The translations under genes were made by a program, and so were the position numbers. The notes beneath the pieces are model-generated. The model was given only the letters and a program-made list of their open reading frames with translations. It was not told the DNA's origin and did not search any database. Shown one piece after another: positions 52,885 to 62,546 of a DNA stretch of 64,000 nucleotides. The stretch is from Coleofasciculus chthonoplastes F2-STO-03 (lineage in GTDB: Bacteria; Cyanobacteriota; Cyanobacteriia; Cyanobacteriales; Coleofasciculaceae): the NCBI GenBank assembly GCA_040222015.1, contig JAVJWO010000171.1, positions 1-64,000 on the forward strand, given 5' to 3'. The stretch's first letter is position 1; the number at the start of each line of letters is the position of its first letter.

Positions 52885-53748
52885 ATGTCTATTTATAACC
52901 GGGTGGCAAAAACCATTAAACTATTCATATCGGGTCTCTCGGCAATATGCCCCAACAAACAAAGGGCTACCCCGCCGAGCGCTCCACCTATTGTGCATCA
53001 AGCAACGATTATTGAAACCCAAAATCAGGGTGTTATTCAAAAAGGGGATTCTATGCCAAGTAAAAAACTTTTTAACCGAGATGTTTTCATGCTCATCGAC
53101 CAAAGTGGGTCAATGGTGAGACGAGATCCAGAATTTAATAATAATATTCGCTGGAAAGTTTTACCAGAAGTCATTGAAGGACACGTCTATCGCATTCTCA
53201 ATGAAACCAGTCTGGATGAGGACAAGGTTTGTCAGGAAATTGCCTTAACCTTTTTTAGTCCTAATCGCCCCTGTGACAAAATTATCTACATTGAAGATAC
53301 GGCTCAGGTTCCTAGTGTCTTTGATGAAAATCAACCCGATAGTAGTACGTTTATTACACCAACCCTTGAGCAAGTGATTAATCAATGGTTTGCTAATCGT
53401 GAGGCGAATCGGGAAGCGTTTATTATTATTTACACAGATGGTCAGTTTGATGACCGAGATAAGTTTTTGAACTTGATTCAGACAACCAGTGCTAAACTAA
53501 AGAGTCAGGATGAACTAAAAATTGTGATTATCGGGTTTGGTAGTGAATTGAATCCCAAGTTTTATCTGGAATTGGATAAAAATGTCAGAGGATTCACCGA
53601 TTCTAAGGGATTAGATTGCAATATTGTGGTGTTTGACTTGTTAAGTAAGATGCCCAATATTATCGAGCTACTAAATCGCCAGCTTGAAAATCCAGCCGCC
53701 GGTTTACCGATGTGGGCTAAGGAGCAATATCCTGATTTGTTTGCTTGA
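52885..53748 (+). CDS. von Willebrand factor A domain protein
   Basis: MIDAS DQSGSM...T...TDG; the start may instead be the ATG at 53053. Confidence 0.8.
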   Translation: MSIYNRVAKTIKLFISGLSAICPNKQRATPPSAPPIVHQATIIETQNQGVIQKGDSMPSKKLFNRDVFMLIDQSGSMVRRDPEFNNNIRWKVLPEVIEGHVYRILNETSLDEDKVCQEIALTFFSPNRPCDKIIYIEDTAQVPSVFDENQPDSSTFITPTLEQVINQWFANREANREAFIIIYTDGQFDDRDKFLNLIQTTSAKLKSQDELKIVIIGFGSELNPKFYLELDKNVRGFTDSKGLDCNIVVFDLLSKMPNIIELLNRQLENPAAGLPMWAKEQYPDLFA

Positions 53749-53857
53749 AAATAGTTTGTAGTGAGAACTTTAGTTCTCTAACGTCTAGCTGGACAGGGCT
53801 AAAGCCCTCACTACGAACCCAATCTATTGCACGAAATATTGTACTCCTACAGGTCGC

Positions 53858-54550
53858 TTAATCTGAATTTCGCGTTGCTTCTAAGAGGTAAGAAAAGTAA
53901 AACTGGGTACTGGTCATTTCCGTGCGTTGAATGGAAAAGCCGTTACGCTCCAATATTTTGATAATATCAGTTCTACGGTGTAGATAGGCACGAGTGGTTT
54001 TAGAAGGACCGGGAAATAACTCGCCAATTTTTTTGAGCAAACTGTATACAAAGTTTTTGGGAGCAAAGCTAAGAATTAAGCGCGACTCGGCTAGACAAGC
54101 AAGATGGGAGATCATCTGATCAGCTTTATCTTGGGGATAATGAATCAGCACATCCAGACAAATAACCGTGTGATAACTCCCGCTCAAGTCTTCCAAATCC
54201 TGTACGGCAAAGCTAAGATTGTCAGTATTATCCAAGCTAGCGCCTGCTTTGTCTTTGGCTTCACCGACCATTTTTTCTGAGATATCACTGGCAAAGACTT
54301 TCGCACCTGCTTCAGCTAGGGGAATGCTGAGACTTCCCACACCGCAACCAGCGTCACAGATGGATAACTCGGCTAAATTGCCATCAGCCTTGAGCCAGCT
54401 TAGGACAGTATCGACGGTTTGCTGGTGTCCGTTACGGATATCCAGTTGGACTTTATTGACCTCGCCCTCGCCATAAATTCGCCGCCAACGGTCAAATCCG
54501 GTGGCGTTGAAATAGTCTTTAACTACGGTTTTATCATCAACGGTGTTCAT
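53858..54550 (-). CDS. chlM: Magnesium-protoporphyrin IX methyltransferase
   Basis: YFN.TGFDRWRRIYG, VQLDIR.GH, DAGCGVG, CLDVLIHYP, FPGPSKTTRAY. Confidence 0.95.
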   Translation of the reverse strand: MNTVDDKTVVKDYFNATGFDRWRRIYGEGEVNKVQLDIRNGHQQTVDTVLSWLKADGNLAELSICDAGCGVGSLSIPLAEAGAKVFASDISEKMVGEAKDKAGASLDNTDNLSFAVQDLEDLSGSYHTVICLDVLIHYPQDKADQMISHLACLAESRLILSFAPKNFVYSLLKKIGELFPGPSKTTRAYLHRRTDIIKILERNGFSIQRTEMTSTQFYFSYLLEATRNSD

Positions 54551-54731
54551 AGAGTCAGGTTGGATGGAGGAGTTAGGACGATTAATTACTTTACCATGAG
54601 CTAGGGGTGTTACTGCCATCATGTCTTTCTCAAGAAACATCAGCCAGAGGGCAAAAGGCAGAGAACTTCTAAAACATGATGAGACATTTGATTAACGTAA
54701 TGTTCTCATAAAATGGAAATAGAATGTAAAC

Positions 54732-55883
54732 CTAACACCTATTGAATTGTAAACGCTGCCAACTCAATTTTGATGTGTCCTCATGCCAATGCCAACGCAA
54801 CAAATTAGCAGGTTGTCCTACCCCAATTCCTGGTAAACCGATCGCGTGTCGAGGGGACTCCGTTGCTAAGGCGATCGCACTCTCGATTTCACACAGTCCC
54901 CACTCTACCAAATTCTGCACTCCCACTAATAACGGTAAGGTGGTTCCCGCTAATGTGCCATCCGCTAACCGTGCTGTACCCTGTTTCACTTCAATCTGAC
55001 GCTCATCCCAAGGATAAATCCCATCGCCTAATCCTAACGGCGCTAACGCATCACTCACCAGAAACAATCCTGCTTCATCCCCACTCGCTTGCAGTAGAAT
55101 CTGTAACATTGTCGGACAAACGTGCTGTCCATCGGCAATCACCCCACAGCGCACTTGAGGATGAGTGATGGCTGCACCCAGTAATCCGGGTTGCCGATGG
55201 TGTAATCCCGGCATCGCATTAAAAGCGTGAGTCACCATTGAAGCACCTAAGGCAAAGGCTTCCTCCGCTTCAGCCGCCGTTGCTTGGGAATGACCTAAAC
55301 TCACGGTAATTCCTAATGAACGCAAATAACTAATTGCCTCATCCGTCTCGTCTAACTCCGGCGCTAGCGTCATCACTTTAACCAGTTTGCCATAATCCCC
55401 CAAAACTTGCTTGACATTTTCCAAGTTTAATGGTAATAAATATTCCTGAGGATGCGCTCCTCGCTTCTGAGGATGTAGAAAAGGTCCCTCTAAATGCACC
55501 CCCAAGATTTGCGCCATGCCTGCCTGATCGGAAGCGGTGGTTAAAAAATCTGCAATCACCGCCAGGGATTGTTGAAATTTCTCAATCGAGGTGGTTACCA
55601 AGGTGGGTAAAAACTCATCAACCCCCTGATTCCCTAGAAATTGACAAATCTGTTGTAATTTCTGGCTATCCCCCAGAGTTAAATCCGGAAACGCCAAACC
55701 CAGCGCCCCATTAATCTGTAAATCGACCCCAGCTAAGGAGAGCCGATCGCCTGTAACATCGATATTAGCGCCATTTTGAGCCATATCAGCCATGGGTGCG
55801 ATCGCGGAAATTTTTCCCTCAGCATCAACCCTGACTTGTTGCAATCCTTGATAACCTGGCACTCGTGCATTAATAATAATCAT
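54732..55883 (-). CDS. nagA: N-acetylglucosamine-6-phosphate deacetylase
   Basis: DLQING, GVHLEGPFL...RGAH, TLAPE, GHS, THAFNAM, ADG.H, LAGT. Confidence 0.93.
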   Translation of the reverse strand: MIIINARVPGYQGLQQVRVDAEGKISAIAPMADMAQNGANIDVTGDRLSLAGVDLQINGALGLAFPDLTLGDSQKLQQICQFLGNQGVDEFLPTLVTTSIEKFQQSLAVIADFLTTASDQAGMAQILGVHLEGPFLHPQKRGAHPQEYLLPLNLENVKQVLGDYGKLVKVMTLAPELDETDEAISYLRSLGITVSLGHSQATAAEAEEAFALGASMVTHAFNAMPGLHHRQPGLLGAAITHPQVRCGVIADGQHVCPTMLQILLQASGDEAGLFLVSDALAPLGLGDGIYPWDERQIEVKQGTARLADGTLAGTTLPLLVGVQNLVEWGLCEIESAIALATESPRHAIGLPGIGVGQPANLLRWHWHEDTSKLSWQRLQFNRC

Positions 55884-55972
55884 GTTCTTTATCATTAATC
55901 CTATGTCATTGTGTTATAGCAGAAGGCAGGAGGCAGGAGGCAGGAGGCAGAAGGGTTTTTAAAGAATGACCA

Positions 55973-56521
55973 ATGACAAAGGACAAAGGACAAATGACAA
56001 ATGACCAAGGACAAATTGGTATTATCATGGGTAGCGATTCCGACTTACCCACAATGCAGGGTGCGATCGCAATTTGTGAAGAGTTCGATGTTTCCTGTGA
56101 AGTCGCGATCGTTTCCGCGCACCGAACTCCCCAACGTATGGTAGACTACGCCCAAACTGCTCATCAGCGTGGACTCAAGGTGATTATCGCCGGAGCGGGA
56201 GGGGCGGCTCATTTACCCGGTATGGTGGCGTCTCTGACACCATTACCCGTCATCGGCGTTCCTGTTTCCACTCGCCATTTACAAGGGGTAGATTCCCTCT
56301 ACTCGATTGTACAGATGCCAGGTGGAATCCCTGTCGCAACGGTAGCCATTGGCAATGCTAAAAATGCCGGGTTGTTAGCCGTACAGATTTTGGCATCCCA
56401 ACAACCTGAGTTACTCGAACGAGTGCAGCAGTACCGCCAGACTTTAACCCAATCCGTCATGGATAAGCAAGCGGCGCTAGAAAAGTTGGGATATCAGCAA
56501 TATTTATCACAAATGTCGTAG
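55973..56521 (+). CDS. purE: N5-CAIR mutase
   Basis: [37 protein letters not shown]; the start lies in the heptamer repeat (ATG at 55973 or 55994). Confidence 0.95.
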   Translation: MTKDKGQMTNDQGQIGIIMGSDSDLPTMQGAIAICEEFDVSCEVAIVSAHRTPQRMVDYAQTAHQRGLKVIIAGAGGAAHLPGMVASLTPLPVIGVPVSTRHLQGVDSLYSIVQMPGGIPVATVAIGNAKNAGLLAVQILASQQPELLERVQQYRQTLTQSVMDKQAALEKLGYQQYLSQMS

Positions 56522-56897
56522 AGACGTAGCATGCTACGTCTCTACATCACCTCAAAGGGTGAACCCAGGCAGCAAGCAACCCGCCTTACGGCATTAAAGT
56601 ATCACCTCTGAAGCATTTCTCAGAAAAGATTAGCTATAGCGATCAAAACTTAACACCAAATAAATTTTTATTAATTAATTAAGACGTTATTTGAGAGACC
56701 TAAATTATTAGGCTTATTTAAACTTAATCATTGTCAAATTAATAGGCTTAGGCAAAATCAAAAGGGCGGCTCGCTCTCGCGTAAAAAACCGTCAACTCAG
56801 ACTACCAAACAGGTGACGGGTTGACCCAAGTCTTGATGACACAAGCTCTCAGCTAGGGGGCTACCGCAATATATTTTAAGGAATTACGACACAAAAA

Positions 56898-56911
56898 GTA
56901 TATTTTGTTAC
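56898..56911. promoter_or_regulatory. NtcA binding site upstream of amt1
   Basis: GTA-TATTTTGT-TAC with A-rich flank; amt1 is an established NtcA target. Confidence 0.75.
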
Positions 56912-57238
56912 AGAAATATCCAGCCAGAAAATTGAAGATTTGAGAATTTCCTAAAGATAATGAACCCAGTTATTGAGAAGAATTGAGGCTCTTGACTATC
57001 TGGCAACTTATTTGTAGGGTTTTGTCTAACGTAGACACGCCAACTTCCAAAACTCCCGATTCCTTAATCAGGCAGCACTATTTAAAAGCTGGCAGTAAAC
57101 AAAAGAAAATAGGCTAGGAGTTCTGTCATACTCAGATACTTACCCCCTCTTCTACGTCATACTTCCAATGACTTTATTTACCGCTTCTTAGCTCAATGTT
57201 AGGATGTGTTCCACCACAAATACAGGAAAGAGAGCGAA

Positions 57239-58792
57239 ATGATGTCTAGACGAACGTTTGAGAAAACTTCCGACCGAAAAAAGTCTCCCCCAAAAACTAG
57301 ACAAGTTGATTTACCAGGATTTTACCCATCCTTGTGGGATTCTCCCTATTTTGACCCCTTAAAAACCATAGCCCAATATTTTTCTCCCTACTGGCTAGCC
57401 TGTATTCCGCTAACGGCGATTATTGTCGTGGTTTGGAATACGGCAGCCGTTGCTCAAACTGAGGCAGTTGACGCCGATGCTGTTGCCCAACTTCAGGGAA
57501 CGTTAAACGCAATCTGGGTTTTGATTGCTGCCATTCTGGTGATCTTCATGAATGCCGGATTCGGGATGCTAGAAACCGGATTCTGTCGTCAGAAAAATGC
57601 GGTTAATATTCTCGCCAAAAACCTGATTATCTTTGCCCTAGCAACCATTGCATTTTGGGCGATTGGGTTTTCGTTCATGTTTGGTGCAGGAGGTGGATTT
57701 ATTGGTTTAGGTGGATTTTTCTTAAGTAGCACCGATCCGGGTACTTATGGACTTGATCCATTTCCTACAGGCTTACCCATATCTGTATATTTCCTGTTCC
57801 AAGCTGCCTTCGCTGGCACCGCTGCTACTATTGTTTCCGGTGCGGTTGCTGAACGGATTAGGTTTCTTGACTTTCTGATTTTCAGTCTTCTGATCACCGG
57901 AATCTCCTACCCCACTACCGGACATTGGATCTGGGGTGGTGGCTGGCTAGGAGAAATGGGCTTTTCCGACTTTGCTGGCTCAACTGTAGTTCACTCAGTA
58001 GGTGGTTGGGCTGCACTAATGGGAGCTGCTTTTCTCGGACCCCGTGAAGGGAAATATAGAGACGGTCAAATCAATGCCATTCCCGGTCACAATATGAGTA
58101 TTGCCACACTGGGATGCTTGATTCTGTGGATCGGCTGGTTTGGGTTTAATCCTGGCTCCGAACTAGCAGCGAATGAAAATGTGCCGTATATTGCTGTAAC
58201 AACTAACCTCGCTGCGGCGGCTGGCGGTATTTCTGCCACGATTACCTCTTGGACAAAAGACGGTAAACCTGACCTTTCGATGATTATCAACGGTATCTTA
58301 GCCGGCTTAGTGGCAATCACCGCCCCCTGTAACAATGTCAGCTATCTGTCAGCGATCATCATTGGTTTGATTGCGGGGATTATCGTAGTTTTTGCAGTGT
58401 CCTTCTTTGACAATATCCATATTGATGACCCCGTAGGTGCAATTTCCGTTCACTTAGTGAATGGGATTTGGGGAACCATTGCCGTTGGTTTATTTGACAT
58501 AGATGGAGGTCTTTTCGTCGGTGGTGGTGCAAATCAACTGGGTGTTCAACTCCTGGGTATCCTCTGTGTAGGCGGTTTCACCGTTGTGTTTAGTTCCGTT
58601 GTTTGGCTAGCCCTGAAAGCGACTTTGGGACTCCGAGTACACGCCGAAGAAGAAATCCACGGCTTGGATATCAGTGAACACGGGATGGAAGCCTACAGTG
58701 GATTTGTTAAGGAATCGGATGTGTTGACCAGTAGCTCTTTTGGTAGCGTCAGTGGTAGCACGGCTGATATTCCTCGTGGCTCGGAAGTTTAA
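57239..58792 (+). CDS. amt1: Ammonium transporter Amt1
   Basis: [48 protein letters not shown]. Confidence 0.95.
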   Translation: MMSRRTFEKTSDRKKSPPKTRQVDLPGFYPSLWDSPYFDPLKTIAQYFSPYWLACIPLTAIIVVVWNTAAVAQTEAVDADAVAQLQGTLNAIWVLIAAILVIFMNAGFGMLETGFCRQKNAVNILAKNLIIFALATIAFWAIGFSFMFGAGGGFIGLGGFFLSSTDPGTYGLDPFPTGLPISVYFLFQAAFAGTAATIVSGAVAERIRFLDFLIFSLLITGISYPTTGHWIWGGGWLGEMGFSDFAGSTVVHSVGGWAALMGAAFLGPREGKYRDGQINAIPGHNMSIATLGCLILWIGWFGFNPGSELAANENVPYIAVTTNLAAAAGGISATITSWTKDGKPDLSMIINGILAGLVAITAPCNNVSYLSAIIIGLIAGIIVVFAVSFFDNIHIDDPVGAISVHLVNGIWGTIAVGLFDIDGGLFVGGGANQLGVQLLGILCVGGFTVVFSSVVWLALKATLGLRVHAEEEIHGLDISEHGMEAYSGFVKESDVLTSSSFGSVSGSTADIPRGSEV

Positions 58793-58944
58793 TTGGAGCG
58801 CTTCAGGTTCGGGACGCTAGTTAATTGATCAATACCATCCTGTAGGGGCAATTCATGAATTGCCCCTTTGTCATGGTTTTTGTGATCGGCAAAAGTGGAA
58901 TAGGACTACAATCTGATGAGAGAGCCGATGCTGAATCTAGACAA

Positions 58945-59778
58945 GTGTCCACAACCTCGAAAAGCTTTCCAATTTGGGCGGTTTTCTCCCTCGCTGTCAA
59001 TGGCTTACTGGTGCTAGCGATCGCGGGGGTAGTGCTGCGCCAATACCAAGGAGCTATCCCTTCTGCGGTTAGCCAGTCTCTAGCCACTGATGCGACTCCA
59101 GAAGCAACTCCTACCCCTGTACCCGAACTCGGACCCCGCCACCAGTTCAATTACCAGCAGTGGGTGGCGCTGCTGGAGCAAGAAGCTGAGGTGATGGTGG
59201 AGCAGAAGCCAGAGGATTTAGCCATACTCCTGGGAGATTCCATCAGTCTCTGGTTTCCCAATGAGATGCTACCCAGCCAACGAACGTGGCTGAACCAAGG
59301 AATTTCTGGCGAAACCACAGCCGGATTGCTGAATCGCTTGGATGTGTTGGATCAAACCCAGCCGGATATCATCTTTTTGATGATTGGCATCAACGACATC
59401 ATTCGAGGCGTCACAGATGAGACGATTTTAGCCAACCAACGGCTGATTATTCGCTACCTACGGCGCAATCATCCCCAAGCCAAAATTATTGTCCAATCGA
59501 TTTTGCCCCATAGTGGGGAAAACGCCACCTGGGAAGGGCGCGATCGCCTCTTGGAAATCCCCAACAGTCGTATTTTAGAGATTAATCAGCGATTGCAAGC
59601 GATCGCGGAGTCAGAAGATGCCATTTACCTGGATCTCTATCCCCTATTCGCCGATACCGAAGACAATCTAAACATGGAATTGAGTACCGACGGTTTGCAC
59701 CTAAATCCTCAAGGCTATTTAATTTGGCATTATGCCCTACAAGTTACGGATCAACTTGTTCTTGATAGCGGTTTGTGA
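58945..59778 (+). CDS. SGNH/GDSL hydrolase with N-terminal TM
   Basis: LGDS, NQGISGET, IGIND, DGLH blocks. Confidence 0.88.
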   Translation: MSTTSKSFPIWAVFSLAVNGLLVLAIAGVVLRQYQGAIPSAVSQSLATDATPEATPTPVPELGPRHQFNYQQWVALLEQEAEVMVEQKPEDLAILLGDSISLWFPNEMLPSQRTWLNQGISGETTAGLLNRLDVLDQTQPDIIFLMIGINDIIRGVTDETILANQRLIIRYLRRNHPQAKIIVQSILPHSGENATWEGRDRLLEIPNSRILEINQRLQAIAESEDAIYLDLYPLFADTEDNLNMELSTDGLHLNPQGYLIWHYALQVTDQLVLDSGL

Positions 59779-59969
59779 CGAGGGATGGGGTGAGGGAGAT
59801 GGGGGAGATGGGGGAGATGGGGAGTTATCTCAACACTGAGTTAGGGCGGGTTTTGGACCAAGGTTACTATCAATAGCTATAAGAGAGTCCCTAAACCCGC
59901 CCCTACAAACCAGGTTTCATCTAGCGAAGCGAAAGGTCAAGACTTTTCTAATTACCATAAAAAACAGCC

Positions 59970-60962
59970 GTGAATGAGCCTTTAATTTCAGTCATTATTC
60001 CCACTTACCAACGCGAAGAACCCTTGCGAGATACCTTAGAAGATGTACTCAAGCAAGAGTATGCCGTTGTTGAGATTTTAGTGGTTGATCAAACTCAAAA
60101 CCACAAGCCTGAAATCGAAGCCTATTTACAGCAACTGGCGAATGACCAGAAAATTAAATGGTTTCGGGTGAACTGGGCGAGTTTACCTGGGGCGCGAAAT
60201 TATGCCGTGCGACGGGCGACGGGTGAAATTATTGTGTTTATCGATGATGATGTGAAAATGCCTGCTGGGTATTTGCAAGCCCACGCCCGGAACTATGAAC
60301 GTCAGGAGGTTGGGGCGGTTGCGGGGCGAGTGTTTGACCGAATGAAGTTAGCCGATTCTAAGAAAAAACATCAAGGAGACTATGAAATCGAGGATTTACC
60401 TCCTCAAGCGATGGACCCCGGAATTGCCTGGTATCACATTGACTTAGTGCATACGATTAAACCGCAGTGGGTGATTTCCGCTAGAGGTTGTAATATGTCC
60501 TACCGCCGGGAGATTTTTACCAAGCATGGGATATGGTTTGACGAACGATTTCGCGGGAGTGCGGTACGGGAAGAGTCGGATTTTTGTCTGCGATTACGGC
60601 AAACGGGGTATCAGATTTGGTATGACCCCGATGCCTATTTGGTGCATCTAGGCGAAGAAACGGGCGGTTGTCATGATATTAGTACGCGATCGCTAAAATA
60701 CCAAGTCACGTTTTACCACAATCATTTTCTGATGGCGCTGAAAAACCTAACCCCCAGTCAGCAGGTACGCTTATTCGCCAAGCTTTTTGATTGTCACGTT
60801 CTCGGAAATCCACCCTGTAACAAGAGTGGTTCCCCTATTAAAATTGTGACTCGTGCAGGGTTCTACACGATAGGATTTATGGACGCCCTGAAAACTCAAA
60901 TCAAGTCCATTTGGGATCAGGGGCAAATTTATACCAAGTTGGATGAAAAAGTTGATGGTTGA
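59970..60962 (+). CDS. hpsN: GT2 glycosyltransferase, hormogonium polysaccharide HpsN-like
   Basis: SVIIPTY.RE, VVDQT, FIDDD, GCNMS, REESD; syntenic with hpsO/hpsP-like genes. Confidence 0.75.
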   Translation: MNEPLISVIIPTYQREEPLRDTLEDVLKQEYAVVEILVVDQTQNHKPEIEAYLQQLANDQKIKWFRVNWASLPGARNYAVRRATGEIIVFIDDDVKMPAGYLQAHARNYERQEVGAVAGRVFDRMKLADSKKKHQGDYEIEDLPPQAMDPGIAWYHIDLVHTIKPQWVISARGCNMSYRREIFTKHGIWFDERFRGSAVREESDFCLRLRQTGYQIWYDPDAYLVHLGEETGGCHDISTRSLKYQVTFYHNHFLMALKNLTPSQQVRLFAKLFDCHVLGNPPCNKSGSPIKIVTRAGFYTIGFMDALKTQIKSIWDQGQIYTKLDEKVDG

Positions 60963-61161
60963 TTGGGGACGTTTTGACCCTTGGCAACCTTCAATGGGCA
61001 TGGTTTGTAGGGGCGGGTTTAGGGACTCTCTTGTCGCGATTGATAGTAACCTTGGTACAAAACCCGCCCTAACTCCCTATGTCCCTCATCTCCCCCATCT
61101 GACACACCGAGCGAAGTCGAGGTGTCCCTCATCTCTCCTATTCCCTGTCCCCTCTAAAAAA

Positions 61162-62331
61162 ATGAAAATTCTAGTTGCCAGTCATACCTATATTGTTGAT
61201 CTTAACTGCGAAAAGCTACGGGAACTCGCTAAGTTAGAACCTGATATTGAAGTCACCGTAGTCGTACCCCGTCGCTGGCGTCCAGGGGGCGTACAAAATA
61301 AAATCATTGAAACTCAACCGCGTCAAGAGGGTTCATTTCGAGTTGTTCCTGTCTCGAACTTTAGCCAAAACAACCAAGGATTACTTACATTTGGCACAGA
61401 TATCCTTTCCTTATTACGTAAATTTAGACCCCATATCATTCAAGTTGAACAAGGCGCAAAGGCATTAGGATATGCCCAATTCATTGCCTTGAATCAAGTT
61501 TTAGGGCTAAAGGCAAAAAATGTATTCTTTACCTGGTGGAATTTACCCTATCAGGTTAAATTTCCTTTATCGATATTGCATGATTATAACCTTCAGAATA
61601 CCCACGGACTGGTTGCGGGAAATCAAGATGCGGTGGAAGTCCTCCAGCAGCATGGTTATCACGGGGCTTATACTGTTATGCCTCAATTGGGTGTGGATGA
61701 AAGCCGATTTCGTCCCCAATCTCAAGCCGCGTTACAAAGCAAGTTAGGAATTCAAGAGGATGAATTTGTCGTCGGATTTGTGGGGCGGTTTGTTGAGGAA
61801 AAAGGGTTGTTAACTCTAGGGGAAGCCTTGGCGGGGATCAAGGATCATCAGTGGAAGTGGTTACTGCTAGGACGGGGTTCTCTGCAAACTGTGTTAATGG
61901 AAAAGGCGGTGGAATGGGGAATTAAAGACCGGATGATTTGGGTGGAGAGTGTGCCTCATGACGAAGTGCCAAATTATATTAATTTGATGACTGTTTTAGT
62001 TTTGCCCTCTGAGACGACGTACAAGTTTAAAACTCTAACGGCGGCGGGATGGAAGGAACAGTTTGGTCATGTTTTGATTGAGGCGATGGCATCAAAGGTG
62101 CCTGTGATTGGGTCGGATTCCGGAGAAATTCCAAATGTGATTGGGGATGCAGGTTTGGTGTTTCCGGAGGGGAATGTAGAAGCGTTACGGGATAAGTTGG
62201 TATCGCTGATGGAACAGCCGGAGTTGGCGAAGCAGTTGGCAGAGTTGGGGTATGAACGAGCGATGAGGCAGTATACGAATAAGGCTTTGGCGCGGAAGTT
62301 GTTGGAGTTTTATCAGAGACTTATTGAGTGA
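61162..62331 (+). CDS. hpsO: GT4 glycosyltransferase HpsO-like
   Basis: MKILVASHTYIVDLNCEKL, FVGRFVEEKG, WKEQFGHVLIEAMA. Confidence 0.75.
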   Translation: MKILVASHTYIVDLNCEKLRELAKLEPDIEVTVVVPRRWRPGGVQNKIIETQPRQEGSFRVVPVSNFSQNNQGLLTFGTDILSLLRKFRPHIIQVEQGAKALGYAQFIALNQVLGLKAKNVFFTWWNLPYQVKFPLSILHDYNLQNTHGLVAGNQDAVEVLQQHGYHGAYTVMPQLGVDESRFRPQSQAALQSKLGIQEDEFVVGFVGRFVEEKGLLTLGEALAGIKDHQWKWLLLGRGSLQTVLMEKAVEWGIKDRMIWVESVPHDEVPNYINLMTVLVLPSETTYKFKTLTAAGWKEQFGHVLIEAMASKVPVIGSDSGEIPNVIGDAGLVFPEGNVEALRDKLVSLMEQPELAKQLAELGYERAMRQYTNKALARKLLEFYQRLIE

Positions 62332-62546
62332 TGAGACGGGGGAGAAAAATTATAGTTTTTAAACGCAGAGGGGCGCAGAGGTTTACGCAGAGGACGCAGA
62401 GGGGGTTATAGGATGGGTATTTTATTTTTATAGGGTTGGGAAATAATTGGCGATGATATGATGTAGCTTTCTTTTTAAGGGAGCGAGTATGACGAATGAC
62501 GAATGACGAATGACGAATGACGAATGACGAATGACGAATGACAAAA

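Noticed and set aside
37562..53748. Genomic island integrated at tRNA-Glu
   Set aside because: No integrase, no duplicated tRNA 3' end found, and HIP1 sites continue through much of the region
52885..53748. vWA protein as part of the GTPase system or a TerY-type triad
   Set aside because: About 7.6 kb away with unrelated genes between; no adjacent MoxR, PP2C or kinase gene
60943..61161. 73-aa N-terminal extension of HpsO in the ORF track
   Set aside because: Made of REP/STRR sequence overlapping the hpsN stop; the family start MKILVASH is at 61162
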